A stretch of DNA of 64,000 nt from Candidatus Iainarchaeum sp. GTDB taxonomy: Archaea; Iainarchaeota; Iainarchaeia; Iainarchaeales; Iainarchaeaceae. The notes under the pieces were generated by a model. It did not search any database and had not been told where the DNA came from. It was given only the letters and a program-made list of their open reading frames with translations. Made by a program: the position numbers and the translations under genes. The first letter of the stretch is position 1. Each line of letters begins with the position of its first letter. This document shows, one piece after another, positions 1 to 9,701 of the stretch. The stretch lies in NCBI GenBank assembly GCA_002687735.1, contig NZBD01000015.1:54499-118498 (forward strand), in the 5' to 3' direction.

Positions 1-669
1 GATAGTGTCAATGACAACTTAACAGGTTTAACCGTTGCAATACAGAATGCTCCGGCGCCAGTTGCAGGGACTAATGATTCTGGCTCAGGAGACACAGGAA
101 CTGTTGCTCCACAAGAACCAACACCTCCATCGGCTCCGACAATAGATATGGAAGCTCTTTTGGATGATGATGAATTTGAAGGAAATGCTGATGCTCCAAT
201 AACAATTGTTGAGTTTTCAGACTTTGAATGTCCATTCTGCGGTAGATTTTACACAGATACTTTGGGTCAATTAAGGGAAAAATATGTTGAAACAGGAAAA
301 GTAAAAATAATTTTCAGGGACTTTCCATTAAGTTTCCATCCTGAAGCAACACCAGCTGCTGAAGCTTCTGAATGTGCTGCTGATCAGGGGAAATTTTGGG
401 AATTCCATGATCTGATATTCGAAAATCAGACAACTATGAGTGCTGCCTCATATAAACAATGGGCTGCTGATTTAGGTCTTGATACAGAACAATTCAATTC
501 CTGTGTTGATGACGGAACTCATGCTGCTGAGGTAAGAGCTGATTTTGCTGCGGGACAAGCTGCAGGAGTTTCAGGAACACCAACTTTCTTCATTAATGGA
601 CAGAAAGTTGTTGGAGCTCAACCATTCAGTGTATTTGAACAAATAATCGAAGCAGAACTCGCAGAATAA
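1..669 (+). CDS. DsbA-like thiol-disulfide oxidoreductase, 5'-truncated (frame open to window start)
   Basis: Thioredoxin-fold CPFC active site (FSDFECPFCGRF); frame 1 has no stop from base 1, so the N-terminus lies outside the window. Confidence 0.7.
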   Translation, partial: DSVNDNLTGLTVAIQNAPAPVAGTNDSGSGDTGTVAPQEPTPPSAPTIDMEALLDDDEFEGNADAPITIVEFSDFECPFCGRFYTDTLGQLREKYVETGKVKIIFRDFPLSFHPEATPAAEASECAADQGKFWEFHDLIFENQTTMSAASYKQWAADLGLDTEQFNSCVDDGTHAAEVRADFAAGQAAGVSGTPTFFINGQKVVGAQPFSVFEQIIEAELAE

Positions 670-721
670 TTGCGGGTTCCAAATTTCTTTTTTTTAAATA
701 TTTTTTTCTAAAATTAGCTAA

Positions 722-1354
722 TTGAAAAATTTATTAACTAAAAAGCTCTTTTTTTATTGTATGGCCAAAAGACTGAAAAATAAAGGTTTCAAAGCTTCAA
801 CCATTGAGGGGCAAAAAGGTTTCACTCCTTATTTTGCCAAAAGGCCAAAAAGTGGCGCTCAAAGGAATTTTTTAAAAGGTATGCATCAGGCCATTGAAGC
901 TTGGATGATTGATCATCCGGGACAAAGATTTCCAACAAAAGAATTTTCTGAAAAGTTTAATGTGAAACAAACGTCTATAATTCCTATTGCAGAGAAAATT
1001 GAAAAACATCACAAACTCCCGGAAAGAAAAAGAGGAGGTCCAAATTTTATTCTTCCAAAGGAAGTTAACGAAGTAATTGGCGGAATTTATAAAAAAGCAC
1101 AGAATGGGGATGCTATTAATGTATTAGATGTTATAAGAGAAATAGCAAGAAAAACAAAATTGGTTGTTAGTGCTAACGCTATTAGCGTTGAATTAAAAAA
1201 ATTAGAACTTGAACATAAGAAAGGAATTTCTGTTCTATTAAAAGGATTAAAAGGAAAAAGAAAACTAGATTTAAATGATTTAACTAGTTTATTAAAAAAA
1301 GAAGGAATTAAAGCTAAAAGGTTTAGACCAAAACCAATAAGATCTCGGGACTAA
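722..1354 (+). CDS. hypothetical lysine-rich basic protein
   Basis: 210-aa ORF, K/R-rich, no recognisable motif. Confidence 0.4.
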   Translation: MKNLLTKKLFFYCMAKRLKNKGFKASTIEGQKGFTPYFAKRPKSGAQRNFLKGMHQAIEAWMIDHPGQRFPTKEFSEKFNVKQTSIIPIAEKIEKHHKLPERKRGGPNFILPKEVNEVIGGIYKKAQNGDAINVLDVIREIARKTKLVVSANAISVELKKLELEHKKGISVLLKGLKGKRKLDLNDLTSLLKKEGIKAKRFRPKPIRSRD

Positions 1355-1383
1355 AATTAATTCCCACTAATTTCTTTATCCTT

Positions 1384-1447
1384 CCACAGTTGCGGCTGTG
1401 GGCAACGCGTACCATCTTCACCTTGAGGCTCGATGCTACTAACTCAG
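1384..1447 (+). mobile_element. hairpin-headed mini-element copy A (64 bp), flanked by 23-bp direct duplication 1361-1383 / 1448-1470
   Basis: Starts with CCACAGTTGCGGCTGTGG. Flanks TTCCCACTAATTTCYTTATCCTT are duplicated and encode the C-terminus KDKEISGN of the minus-strand gene. The element supplies that gene's TGA stop. Confidence 0.6.
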
Positions 1448-2085
1448 TTCCCACTAATTTCCTTATCCTTTAGAAGCATTTTTCCCATTGTGGTTAGGTC
1501 AATTTTTACTTTACCGTCTTCCCTTTCAATTTCCACAAGGCCAAGTTCTTTCAAACCAGGGTTCTTTTCGTTTCCATAAATGTGATAATTCACAAGGCTT
1601 GGCCCTAATTTGGTTTTTCTGCTTAGCATTTCTAATGAATCAAGAGACCCTTCATTATTCAGAAGCATAAGTATTCTCATTTTTTTATCTGAAAGCATAT
1701 CGTAGTATGAAAATTTCAGCACAGGAAGCAGTTCGATCTGATCATTATCAACATCAAATGCTTTAATGCCGTTTACAAATGCGGCTGCTGTTGCCGCACA
1801 GCTCATTCCTTTTGAAGCAGCGCCTAAATTAATTGTAAGCATCTTGCCCTTTTCCCTTGCTTTAATGTGATTAATAATTTCAAACATTGATTCCATTGAA
1901 TATTTGTTCAGTTCTTCGATTTCCACGGGGATTTTGAATTTCCCAAGATCAGCTTTAACCTTATCAGCTTCGCTTAAGCCTTTAGCGCTTGGGATCAAAA
2001 TTATTTTTTCAGTAGGAAATTCCCGGATTCCCACGAATAATGTTTCAGTGTTCCCGCCCAGAGGAGCAATAATTATAGTTTTCAT
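1444..2085 (-). CDS. Rossmann-like (CARF-like) domain plus C-terminal winged-HTH regulator, Csa3-like architecture
   Basis: N-terminus MKTIIIAPLGG...INLGAASKG Rossmann/CARF-like; C-terminal helix-turn-helix; assignment from sequence pattern only. Confidence 0.35.
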   Translation of the reverse strand: MKTIIIAPLGGNTETLFVGIREFPTEKIILIPSAKGLSEADKVKADLGKFKIPVEIEELNKYSMESMFEIINHIKAREKGKMLTINLGAASKGMSCAATAAAFVNGIKAFDVDNDQIELLPVLKFSYYDMLSDKKMRILMLLNNEGSLDSLEMLSRKTKLGPSLVNYHIYGNEKNPGLKELGLVEIEREDGKVKIDLTTMGKMLLKDKEISGN

Positions 2086-2230
2086 CTAAATACTACTGTT
2101 TTTTAATATTAAAATAATTTGTTGAATCAATTCAAATATATTTGAATCAGTTAATGTAGGTTTTAATTAGGTTCAATCCATAATTAATCTTAATAAGAGG
2201 TAAACTCTGTATATTTGGAGGTTTTTGATT

Positions 2231-2464
2231 ATGAGTGAGGTAACAATTTACACAACGCCGACTTGTGTTTACTGTAACATGGCCAAGGAATTTTTCAAGG
2301 AAAATAAGGTTGAATATAAACAAATAGACGTTTCAACAGATTCGCAAAAGGCCCAGGCAATGTTTGAAAAATCAGGACAGATGGGAGTTCCTGTCATAGA
2401 CATAGACGGAAAAATAATTGTCGGTTTTGACAAGGAATCAATTAAAGAAGCCTTAGGCCTCTAA
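2231..2464 (+). CDS. glutaredoxin/NrdH-like redoxin
   Basis: TPTCVYC motif; GGAGG 10 nt upstream of ATG 2231 (the track start at 2225 is TTG). Confidence 0.8.
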   Translation: MSEVTIYTTPTCVYCNMAKEFFKENKVEYKQIDVSTDSQKAQAMFEKSGQMGVPVIDIDGKIIVGFDKESIKEALGL

Positions 2465-2483
2465 CTTTTTAGGATCTGATTTA

Positions 2484-3392
2484 ATGGAAGAATATGACTT
2501 TATTATTGTTGGGGCTGGTTCCGCTGGTTTGCCTGCCGCAGTTTACGCTGCAAGATTTAAATTAAAAACCTTAATAATAGGCGCTGTGGTTGGAGGTACA
2601 ATAATCAATACACACATTGTTGAAAACTGGCCGGGCATTGTTGAGATTTCCGGCTGGGATTTAATGGAAAAACTAAAAGAACACGTTAAAGCCAATGAAG
2701 TTGAAATTGTAAATGATAAAGTTACTGATATCAAAAAAGAAAACAATTCCTTTATTATTAAAACTCTTGAAAAAGAATTCAGGGCAAAAACAATCCTTAT
2801 TGCAACCGGTTCAGAAAGAAAAAAACTAAACGTTAAAGGCGAAAAAGAATTCACAAACAAAGGAGTTAGTTATTGTGCTGTTTGTGATGGTGCTTTATTC
2901 AAAGATAAAGTTGTAGGGGTTATCGGGGGATCGGATTCTGCAGCAAAAGAAGCATTGTTCTTATCTGAGCATGCAAAAAAAGTTTACATTATTTACCGAG
3001 GTACACAGATCAAAGCAGAACCTATTAATACTGAACGTGTTGAAAAAAACAGCAAGATAGAAATTCTTTACGAAAAAAATCTTGAAGAAATTTTTGGAGA
3101 AAAAATGGTTACCGGAGTCAAGTTCAAAGAAGGCGGAGAATTAAAATTAGGAGGTGTCTTTGTGGAAATAGGCGCAATACCAAATTCTGATTTGGCTGGA
3201 AAATTAGGAGTTAAACTTAATGATAAAAAAGAAATAATTATTGATGCTGAAAGTAAAACCAATGTTTCCGGAGTTTATGCTGCCGGAGATGTTGGAAATA
3301 AACATTTCAAACAGGCAATTACTGGAGCTTCTGAAGGGGTCATCGCGGCTTTTTCAGCTTACGAGCATATTAACAACAAACTATCTGACTAA
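2484..3392 (+). CDS. trxB: thioredoxin-disulfide reductase
   Basis: FAD motif IVGAGSAG, redox CAVCDG, NADPH motif GGSDSA. Confidence 0.85.
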   Translation: MEEYDFIIVGAGSAGLPAAVYAARFKLKTLIIGAVVGGTIINTHIVENWPGIVEISGWDLMEKLKEHVKANEVEIVNDKVTDIKKENNSFIIKTLEKEFRAKTILIATGSERKKLNVKGEKEFTNKGVSYCAVCDGALFKDKVVGVIGGSDSAAKEALFLSEHAKKVYIIYRGTQIKAEPINTERVEKNSKIEILYEKNLEEIFGEKMVTGVKFKEGGELKLGGVFVEIGAIPNSDLAGKLGVKLNDKKEIIIDAESKTNVSGVYAAGDVGNKHFKQAITGASEGVIAAFSAYEHINNKLSD

Positions 3393-3402
3393 GTGAATTA
3401 AC

Positions 3403-4572
3403 TTGACTGAATCTCCTGCACTTGAGTTACACAAAAAACTGAAAGGAAAACTATCCGTTAATTCTAAAATCCCTGTAAAAACAACCACTGATCTTTCTCT
3501 AGTTTATACTCCCGGAGTGGGAGAAATCTGCAAAGAAATAGCAGATTTTCCAGAAAAAGTTTTTGATTATACAATGAAGGGCAACACAGTCGCTATCATA
3601 ACTGATGGTTCAGCTGTTCTTGGTTTAGGAAACATAGGGCCAGAAGCATCTCTTCCGGTAATGGAAGGAAAAGCCCTTTTACTGAAAGAGTTTGCAGGAA
3701 TAGATTCATTTCCTATTGCTTTGAAAACTCAGGACCCTGATGAAATTGTTTCAATTGTAAAAAATATTTCCCCTGTTTTCGGAGGAATTAATCTTGAGGA
3801 TATATCCGCCCCAAGATGTTTTGAGATAGAGGCAAGGCTTCAGGATTTAGGCATTCCGGTGATGCATGATGACCAACACGGAACCGCAATTGTTGTTTTA
3901 GCAGCATTAATCAATGCTTCAAAAGTAGTTGGTAAAGATTTGAGTCAGTTAAAAGTTGTTATTAATGGGGCTGGAGCTGCAGGGAATGCCATTGCTAGTT
4001 TCTTAACCTGCTTTGGTGGAAACGATAATCATGTTTGCAAAAGTGTTAAGGATGTTGTTCTCTGTGATAGTAAAGGGATAATTCACAAAGGAAGAACTGA
4101 TTTAGCTGATTATAAAAAAGAGCTTGTAAAAATCAGTAACAGACAAAACAGTTCAGGTTCTCTTGCAGATGCTATGAAAGAAGCGGACGTTTTTATTGGG
4201 GTTTCAAAAGCAGATCTTGTTAGTGAAGAAATGGTAAAAAGCATGGGTGAAAATTCAATAGTTATTGCGATGGCTAATCCTGTTCCTGAAATAATGCCCG
4301 ATAAAGCAAAAAATGCAGGTGCTAAAATAGTTGCAACAGGAAGAAGCGATTTTCCAAATCAAGTCAACAATGCATTAGCATTTCCCGGAATTTTCAGAGG
4401 TTTATTAGATTCTAAATCAGCAAGAATCACAAATGATATGAAAATCAGTGCGGCGTATGCTTTGGCTAACACAATAGAAAATCCAACTGTTGATCAAATT
4501 CTCCCTAGCATATTTGATAAAAAAGTTGTTGAAAATATTGCTTCTGCAATTAAAAAGGAAGCAAAAAAATAA
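3403..4572 (+). CDS. NAD(P)-dependent malic enzyme (short form)
   Basis: LSLVYTPGVGE and GAGAAG motifs; TTG start. Confidence 0.75.
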   Translation: MTESPALELHKKLKGKLSVNSKIPVKTTTDLSLVYTPGVGEICKEIADFPEKVFDYTMKGNTVAIITDGSAVLGLGNIGPEASLPVMEGKALLLKEFAGIDSFPIALKTQDPDEIVSIVKNISPVFGGINLEDISAPRCFEIEARLQDLGIPVMHDDQHGTAIVVLAALINASKVVGKDLSQLKVVINGAGAAGNAIASFLTCFGGNDNHVCKSVKDVVLCDSKGIIHKGRTDLADYKKELVKISNRQNSSGSLADAMKEADVFIGVSKADLVSEEMVKSMGENSIVIAMANPVPEIMPDKAKNAGAKIVATGRSDFPNQVNNALAFPGIFRGLLDSKSARITNDMKISAAYALANTIENPTVDQILPSIFDKKVVENIASAIKKEAKK

Positions 4573-4582
4573 CGGTTTTTTC

Positions 4583-4951
4583 ATGAAAACAATAGCAATT
4601 ATAGGTGCATCAGTTAACCGGAAAAAATTCGGAAACAAATGTGTAAGAGCCTATAAGCAATTAGGCTGGAAAATATTCCCAATAAATCCTAAAGAAAAAG
4701 AAATTGAAGGGATTAAATGTTATTCCTCTATTAATGAACTTCCCGAAAAGCCGGATAGAGTTTCAGTTTATCTTCCTTCTCAAGTTACTATCTCTTTAAT
4801 CCCTGAATTAAAAGAAGCCGGAATATCCGGAGTAATATTAAATCCTGGAGCAGAATCTGATGAATTAGTAGCTGAATTAAAACAGAACAATATTGAACCG
4901 GTTAAGGTTTGCAGCATCCGTCTCGAAGGAATAGACCCGGATTCACTTTAA
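4583..4951 (+). CDS. CoA-binding domain protein
   Basis: MKTIAIIGAS...KKFG motif of YccU-like CoA-binding proteins; ATG at 4583 inside the longer track ORF. Confidence 0.6.
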   Translation: MKTIAIIGASVNRKKFGNKCVRAYKQLGWKIFPINPKEKEIEGIKCYSSINELPEKPDRVSVYLPSQVTISLIPELKEAGISGVILNPGAESDELVAELKQNNIEPVKVCSIRLEGIDPDSL

Positions 4952-5703
4952 CCAAAAAAATTTACTAATTGTGCAACAATTAAACTAATAAAAAACCCAG
5001 TCACAAAAAATGCAAGCTTTCCTTCCTTTCTGTAAGGAAGCATGTCTCTAATACTTACGTAAAGCAAAGCCCCAAGCACAAGGGAAAATGTAACATAGTA
5101 AAGAGTCCTGTCCGGGTTCAATAAACCTGCAAAAATTACTCCGAGCAACGGAGCAATGGAAAGTAAAATATTGACCATCTGGTTTTGTTTGAAATAAGTA
5201 TCAATATGAGTTAATGATATTGAGGATGATAAAGTATGAAGCACTAAAGCAAAATAAATAACTAATCCAAGCAATATGTTTGTTGACTGGAATGCAAATA
5301 CTATTGCTATTCCAACCACAAAATGGTCAACAAAAAATCCAATTGCATGAACCTCTGCAAGATCTTTCATGAGTTTGTTTTTGTCTTTGATGTGCTGATA
5401 AATAAATTTTTCAGAAATATGGAATGAAACAAATCCGATAATTAAAAGAATAAATATATTATCCCCGATAAAATTTTTCCCTTCAAAGAATTCAGGCATT
5501 AAAAAAACAAAAATCTGAGTAATAAACAACCCTGCTGAAAAACTGATTAGTTCATCATGGAATTTTTCGATTTTATTGGAAAACTTTTCAGAAAAATAAT
5601 GCAATAAGCTTAAAATTGCAGCTAGGGTAATTTCAAGGAAAACCATGGAAAGTATATGTTTTAACTGGTTAAAAAAGCTTATCTGCATTTTCGATTTTTT
5701 CAA
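4948..5703 (-). CDS. ZIP-family metal cation transporter (probable)
   Basis: Multi-TM protein with HAIGFFVDHF and LHTLSSS motifs. Confidence 0.45.
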   Translation of the reverse strand: MKKSKMQISFFNQLKHILSMVFLEITLAAILSLLHYFSEKFSNKIEKFHDELISFSAGLFITQIFVFLMPEFFEGKNFIGDNIFILLIIGFVSFHISEKFIYQHIKDKNKLMKDLAEVHAIGFFVDHFVVGIAIVFAFQSTNILLGLVIYFALVLHTLSSSISLTHIDTYFKQNQMVNILLSIAPLLGVIFAGLLNPDRTLYYVTFSLVLGALLYVSIRDMLPYRKEGKLAFFVTGFFISLIVAQLVNFFG

Positions 5704-5782
5704 TCATTTTTGAATGATTAAACGTAAGTATTTATTTGATTAAAAATGCAATTAATACAGATTAACAGGAGGTGCTTCCAAT

Positions 5783-5815
5783 ATGAATGGTGGTGGTTGT
5801 GGTTGCGGTTATTAA
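5783..5815 (+). CDS. mini-ORF MNGGGCGCGY with canonical SD
   Basis: GGAGGTG 7 nt upstream of ATG; 10 codons, Gly/Cys-rich; lies in the pus10 leader. Confidence 0.2.
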   Translation: MNGGGCGCGY

Positions 5816-5837
5816 AGCAACCCACTAAATTTGTATT

Positions 5838-6815
5838 ATGGAAAAAATCCCTATTAAAGATGATTCAGAAAAACAGCTTTTTGATGCCTTAAAAGAAGCC
5901 TGTGATGGCATAGAGTTCAGTTCTTTTGAGGTAGGTGTTTCTAGTGAATCACTGGAAACTAAATATAAAATAAGACAAAAATCAATAGATTTTGTAAAAT
6001 CTACTTTTAAATCAAAACACGATTCTGAAAATTTTGAAAGCTATATTTTAGTTCATTTTGACAGGGGCTTTATTGAGGTCACTCCTACAAATGTTCTTGT
6101 TGAAGGTTTTTACAATAAATTTTCAAGAGATATTGCTCAGACATTTCATTATTGTTTTAAGTGCAGAGGCAGGGGCTGCAAAAAATGTAATAAAACAGGA
6201 AAACTTTCTGAAGAATCTGTTCAGGAACTAATAGAAAAAATAACTCTCCCCTTATTTGAATCTAAAGAGTCTAAGTTTCATGGCTGTGGAAGAGAAGACA
6301 AAGATGTTTTAATGTTAGGAAAAGGAAGGCTTTTTGTAATTGAATTAGTGGAACCAAAAAAGCGTTCAATTGATCTGAAGAACCTTGAAGAAGAGATCAA
6401 TTCAAAAAACAAGAATAAAATTTCTGTCAGAGGATTAAAGTTTGTTGAAAAGCAAAGAGTTGTCGAAATAAAAAATACTCCTTTCGAAAAAATTTATTCT
6501 GCAAAGTGTTTGTGTTCAGAAATTTCACAAAAAGAACTTGAAACCTTAATTAATAAAAAAATTAAAATTTTCCAGCGTACTCCTGTAAGGGTTGAAAAAA
6601 GAAGAGCGGATAAGAAAAGAGAAAAAACAGCAAAAATACTTAAAGCAAAATTAATTAACGAGAAAGAGTTTTCGTTAGAAATACTTTCATCACACGGCCT
6701 TTATATTAAAGAGTTTATTTCCGGGGACGAAAAAAGAACTGAACCGAGCATTTCTTCCATGCTCGGAAAAGAATGTGTTTGTAAAGAACTTGATGTACTG
6801 GAAATTGTGATTTAA
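5838..6815 (+). CDS. pus10: tRNA pseudouridine(54/55) synthase Pus10
   Basis: Zn-ribbon CFKCRGRGCKKC and catalytic HGCGREDKDVLMLGKGRLF motif. Confidence 0.8.
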   Translation: MEKIPIKDDSEKQLFDALKEACDGIEFSSFEVGVSSESLETKYKIRQKSIDFVKSTFKSKHDSENFESYILVHFDRGFIEVTPTNVLVEGFYNKFSRDIAQTFHYCFKCRGRGCKKCNKTGKLSEESVQELIEKITLPLFESKESKFHGCGREDKDVLMLGKGRLFVIELVEPKKRSIDLKNLEEEINSKNKNKISVRGLKFVEKQRVVEIKNTPFEKIYSAKCLCSEISQKELETLINKKIKIFQRTPVRVEKRRADKKREKTAKILKAKLINEKEFSLEILSSHGLYIKEFISGDEKRTEPSISSMLGKECVCKELDVLEIVI

Positions 6816-7759
6816 AGATCCACAATCCCCTGCTCCGTTACTCGGTAAATGGCTTCTCCGTCAGGCAAAGAAGGGCTGTCAACAAGCTTTGCAACTCTTT
6901 TATCTTCCTTACTTTTTCTTAAGTAAAGCCTTGTTTTGGAAGCGTGTGCAACAACGTTTCCTCCAACAGGTGCGGTTGGATCCCCGAACATAATATCCGG
7001 TCTTTCCATAACCTGATTGGTTACAAGTACGGCTATATTACTCATTTCTGCAAGTTTCTGCAAAGTTCTCATGTGCTTGTTTAGTTTTTGTTGTCTTTCG
7101 GCAAGAGTTCCACGTCCAACAAACTCCGATCTGAACTGAGCCATCAGAGAATCAACGATTAATAATTTCACATTTTTATTTTTCACCATATCTTCTGCGT
7201 TTTCCGCCAACAGCATTTGGTGATCTGAAGTATATGCTCTTGCCACAAAAATATTTTTGAGTGCTTCCTCCGGATCAAGACCTTGAGATTCTGCAATTGC
7301 AACAATCCTTTCAGGCCTGAAACTGTTTTCCGAATCAATGTAAAGGCATGATCCGTCCAGACCTCCTTTTTCTTTTGGAAGCTGTACAGTTACTGCTGTT
7401 TGAAAACACCATTGTGTTTTTCCTGAAGCAAACTTTCCGTAAATTTCTGTAATGCTTTGTGTTTCTATTCCTCCGCCTATAAGATTATCTACTTCTGCAC
7501 TTCCCATAGTTAATTTTCCCACGAGTTTTCTTTTTTCAGCTAAAGCAGATGCAGTTTCATAACCCATTTCCAAAGCTTCTCTTGCAGCTTTGATTGCTTT
7601 ATCAGATGTACCATCCCCCAATCCAGCTATTTCCTTCAATTCCTTTGGGGAAGCAACTGCAATATTTTCCAAAGTTTTGTAGCCTGCAGCAATTAGTTTT
7701 TCACTTGCCTGTGGTCCTACGCCAGGCAAATCTTCGATTTTCTTGATCTCTTTAGTCAT
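6812..7759 (-). CDS. radA: DNA repair and recombination protein RadA
   Basis: HhH N-terminus (LPGVGPQASEKL), Walker A GKFASGKTQ; GGAGG before ATG at 7759. Confidence 0.9.
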   Translation of the reverse strand: MTKEIKKIEDLPGVGPQASEKLIAAGYKTLENIAVASPKELKEIAGLGDGTSDKAIKAAREALEMGYETASALAEKRKLVGKLTMGSAEVDNLIGGGIETQSITEIYGKFASGKTQWCFQTAVTVQLPKEKGGLDGSCLYIDSENSFRPERIVAIAESQGLDPEEALKNIFVARAYTSDHQMLLAENAEDMVKNKNVKLLIVDSLMAQFRSEFVGRGTLAERQQKLNKHMRTLQKLAEMSNIAVLVTNQVMERPDIMFGDPTAPVGGNVVAHASKTRLYLRKSKEDKRVAKLVDSPSLPDGEAIYRVTEQGIVDL

Positions 7760-7796
7760 TTTTGTTTCCTCCTTAAAACCTGTACCTTTACGAGGA

Positions 7797-7821
7797 ACCT
7801 CCGTTGACCTGGAGTTCCACA
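7797..7821 (-). other. GC-rich stem-loop in radA 5' leader
   Basis: Minus strand GGAACTCCAGGTCAACGGAGGTTCC forms an imperfect ~8-bp stem between the TATA element and the SD. Confidence 0.3.
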
Positions 7822-7856
7822 TGAGCACGGTCTTTTCACTAAGTTAGTGTTTTTTG

Positions 7857-7893
7857 ATTTATAAATACTTTTAGGGTTGGTTGCCGGTGTCAG
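7857..7893 (-). promoter_or_regulatory. radA promoter: upstream box CTGACACCGGCAACCAACCC plus TATA (AGTATTTATAAATC)
   Basis: Box is 12 nt upstream of the TATA element; the core CACCGGCAACCAACCCTAAA is also present upstream of nurA. Confidence 0.55.
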
Positions 7894-7895
7894 AA

Positions 7896-8726
7896 TTAGT
7901 TTTTATCCGCAAAAATCCTTGCACTCCAGCCTAAGTGCAGTTCAATGCCGTCTCTTCCTTCTTTAGTATAAGCCCCTTCAATCAAAACCTGATCTCCTTC
8001 AGAGTACTTTTCAACCTCATCACACATTTCATTCCATGCTGTTCCTCTGATTTCATTTACTCCTTCACCAATCATAAAGTTCAGTACTTTTCCTTTTCCC
8101 CTTTCAGTTTCAAATTCTTTTGCTGGGAAAACTCTTTTGATTTCAATTTTAACATTCACATCATTCATGTTTGAATCAAGATCAGTTATGCTCACAATAT
8201 TTTTTTCAATTTCAGGAAGTTCAGCAGCCTCATCTTTTACAAAAGAACTGTTATAATTCAGGTTCAACTGTAAAGCATTATTGTAGCTGGTTACTGCACA
8301 GTTGCTAAGTTTTAATGCAGTTCCTTTCTGGATTCCCATTTCTGAAAATTTATCGACATCCTTATTCCATAAAGTAGCTCGTATCTCTCCAGTATCATCC
8401 AGTAATATCAAACTTTGTAATTTTCCCTTTCTTCCGTTTTTATCAAAACTTTTAGGAGCATAAGCCTGCTTTAACCTTGCAATTACATCAATATTATTCA
8501 TCCCATCTTTCAAAGAATCAATCTTTATTGCTTCAGTGGGTTCGCTGTTCAAGCTAACGCCTAATTCTTTAGCAATCATAAAAGCCGCTCCGGAATCAGT
8601 TAATAATCCTGAAAACTTTTCTTTCTTCTGATCTATAAGCTGTTTAACTTCATCATTACTTTTTCCGCTCGAAGAAGCTATTGTCTCAACTATTTTTCCC
8701 GGTTCTGCTGTCGCATTCATTTCCAT
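7896..8726 (-). CDS. replication factor A / RPA-like ssDNA-binding protein (OB folds)
   Basis: Archaeal RPA-like OB-fold pattern; probable start MEMNATAEP. Confidence 0.6.
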   Translation of the reverse strand: MEMNATAEPGKIVETIASSSGKSNDEVKQLIDQKKEKFSGLLTDSGAAFMIAKELGVSLNSEPTEAIKIDSLKDGMNNIDVIARLKQAYAPKSFDKNGRKGKLQSLILLDDTGEIRATLWNKDVDKFSEMGIQKGTALKLSNCAVTSYNNALQLNLNYNSSFVKDEAAELPEIEKNIVSITDLDSNMNDVNVKIEIKRVFPAKEFETERGKGKVLNFMIGEGVNEIRGTAWNEMCDEVEKYSEGDQVLIEGAYTKEGRDGIELHLGWSARIFADKN

Positions 8727-8921
8727 CCTAAAAATCAAGTGGTTAAAGAATAAATAACTTACTCTCAAGAAAGCTATTTATGCCCGAAAATCCGAAAGAG
8801 AATATTTAGGTAATATTTAGTGGTGGGCCTGAACAAATTAAACCCCTTAAAAAGGTTTCCGAGTCAGACGAGTCAGATTACATTTTTATATGCTTTAGAA
8901 GTTAGTTTATTAGTTGATTTT

Positions 8922-9701
8922 ATGGATGACGGCAAAATCTATAAGCAGATATTAAAAAGAATTCAGGAAAAAGGCGGTCTGGCTTTTACAGTAATAGATC
9001 CCCCTAACCAGGAGCCAGTAACATCTGGAAAACTGGCAAAAGTAGCTGAGGAAGCGGGGATAGATGCTATTGCTGTTGGAGGTTCCGTTGGAGCTCAAGG
9101 AGAACTTTTAGATAATACAATTCTTCAGGTAAAGGAAAATTGCTCTTTACCTGTTATTTTATTTCCCGGGAACATTGCGTCAATCAGCAAGCATGCGGAT
9201 GCAATTTATTTCATGTCAATGCTTAATTCTTTAGACCCTTATTACATTACTGGCGCTCAGACCGCTTCTTCTTATCCTTTGAAAAAAACAGGTTTGGAAA
9301 TAATTCCTACCTCTTACATTATTGTTGAACCAGGCAGAGCTGTAGGTTGGGTTGGAAGAAGCCAGCCAATTCCCAGAGAACTTCCTTATTTAGCAGGAAT
9401 AACTGCTCTTGCCGGAGAATATATGGGTTCAAGGTTAGCAATACTGGAATCCGGGGGAGGAGCCCCGAGCCCTGCCCCAAAAGAAATGATTGCTTACACA
9501 AAAAAACTAATTGATATCCCATTATTAGTTGCTGGCGGAGTAAAGAATGATAAGTATGCTTATGATTGTGTAAAAGCAGGAGCCGATATCGTTCATGTTG
9601 GTACTGCTGTTGAAAACACTTCCACTAATTTTTCTAAAGCAAAAGACGTAATGAAAAAACTAGCTGTTGCTGTTACAAAAGCAGGAAAAGAAAAACAATA
9701 A
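8922..9701 (+). CDS. geranylgeranylglyceryl phosphate synthase
   Basis: PcrB/GGGPS TIM-barrel motifs (AIAVGGS, LVAGGGVK); internal ATG chosen as start. Confidence 0.8.
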   Translation: MDDGKIYKQILKRIQEKGGLAFTVIDPPNQEPVTSGKLAKVAEEAGIDAIAVGGSVGAQGELLDNTILQVKENCSLPVILFPGNIASISKHADAIYFMSMLNSLDPYYITGAQTASSYPLKKTGLEIIPTSYIIVEPGRAVGWVGRSQPIPRELPYLAGITALAGEYMGSRLAILESGGGAPSPAPKEMIAYTKKLIDIPLLVAGGVKNDKYAYDCVKAGADIVHVGTAVENTSTNFSKAKDVMKKLAVAVTKAGKEKQ

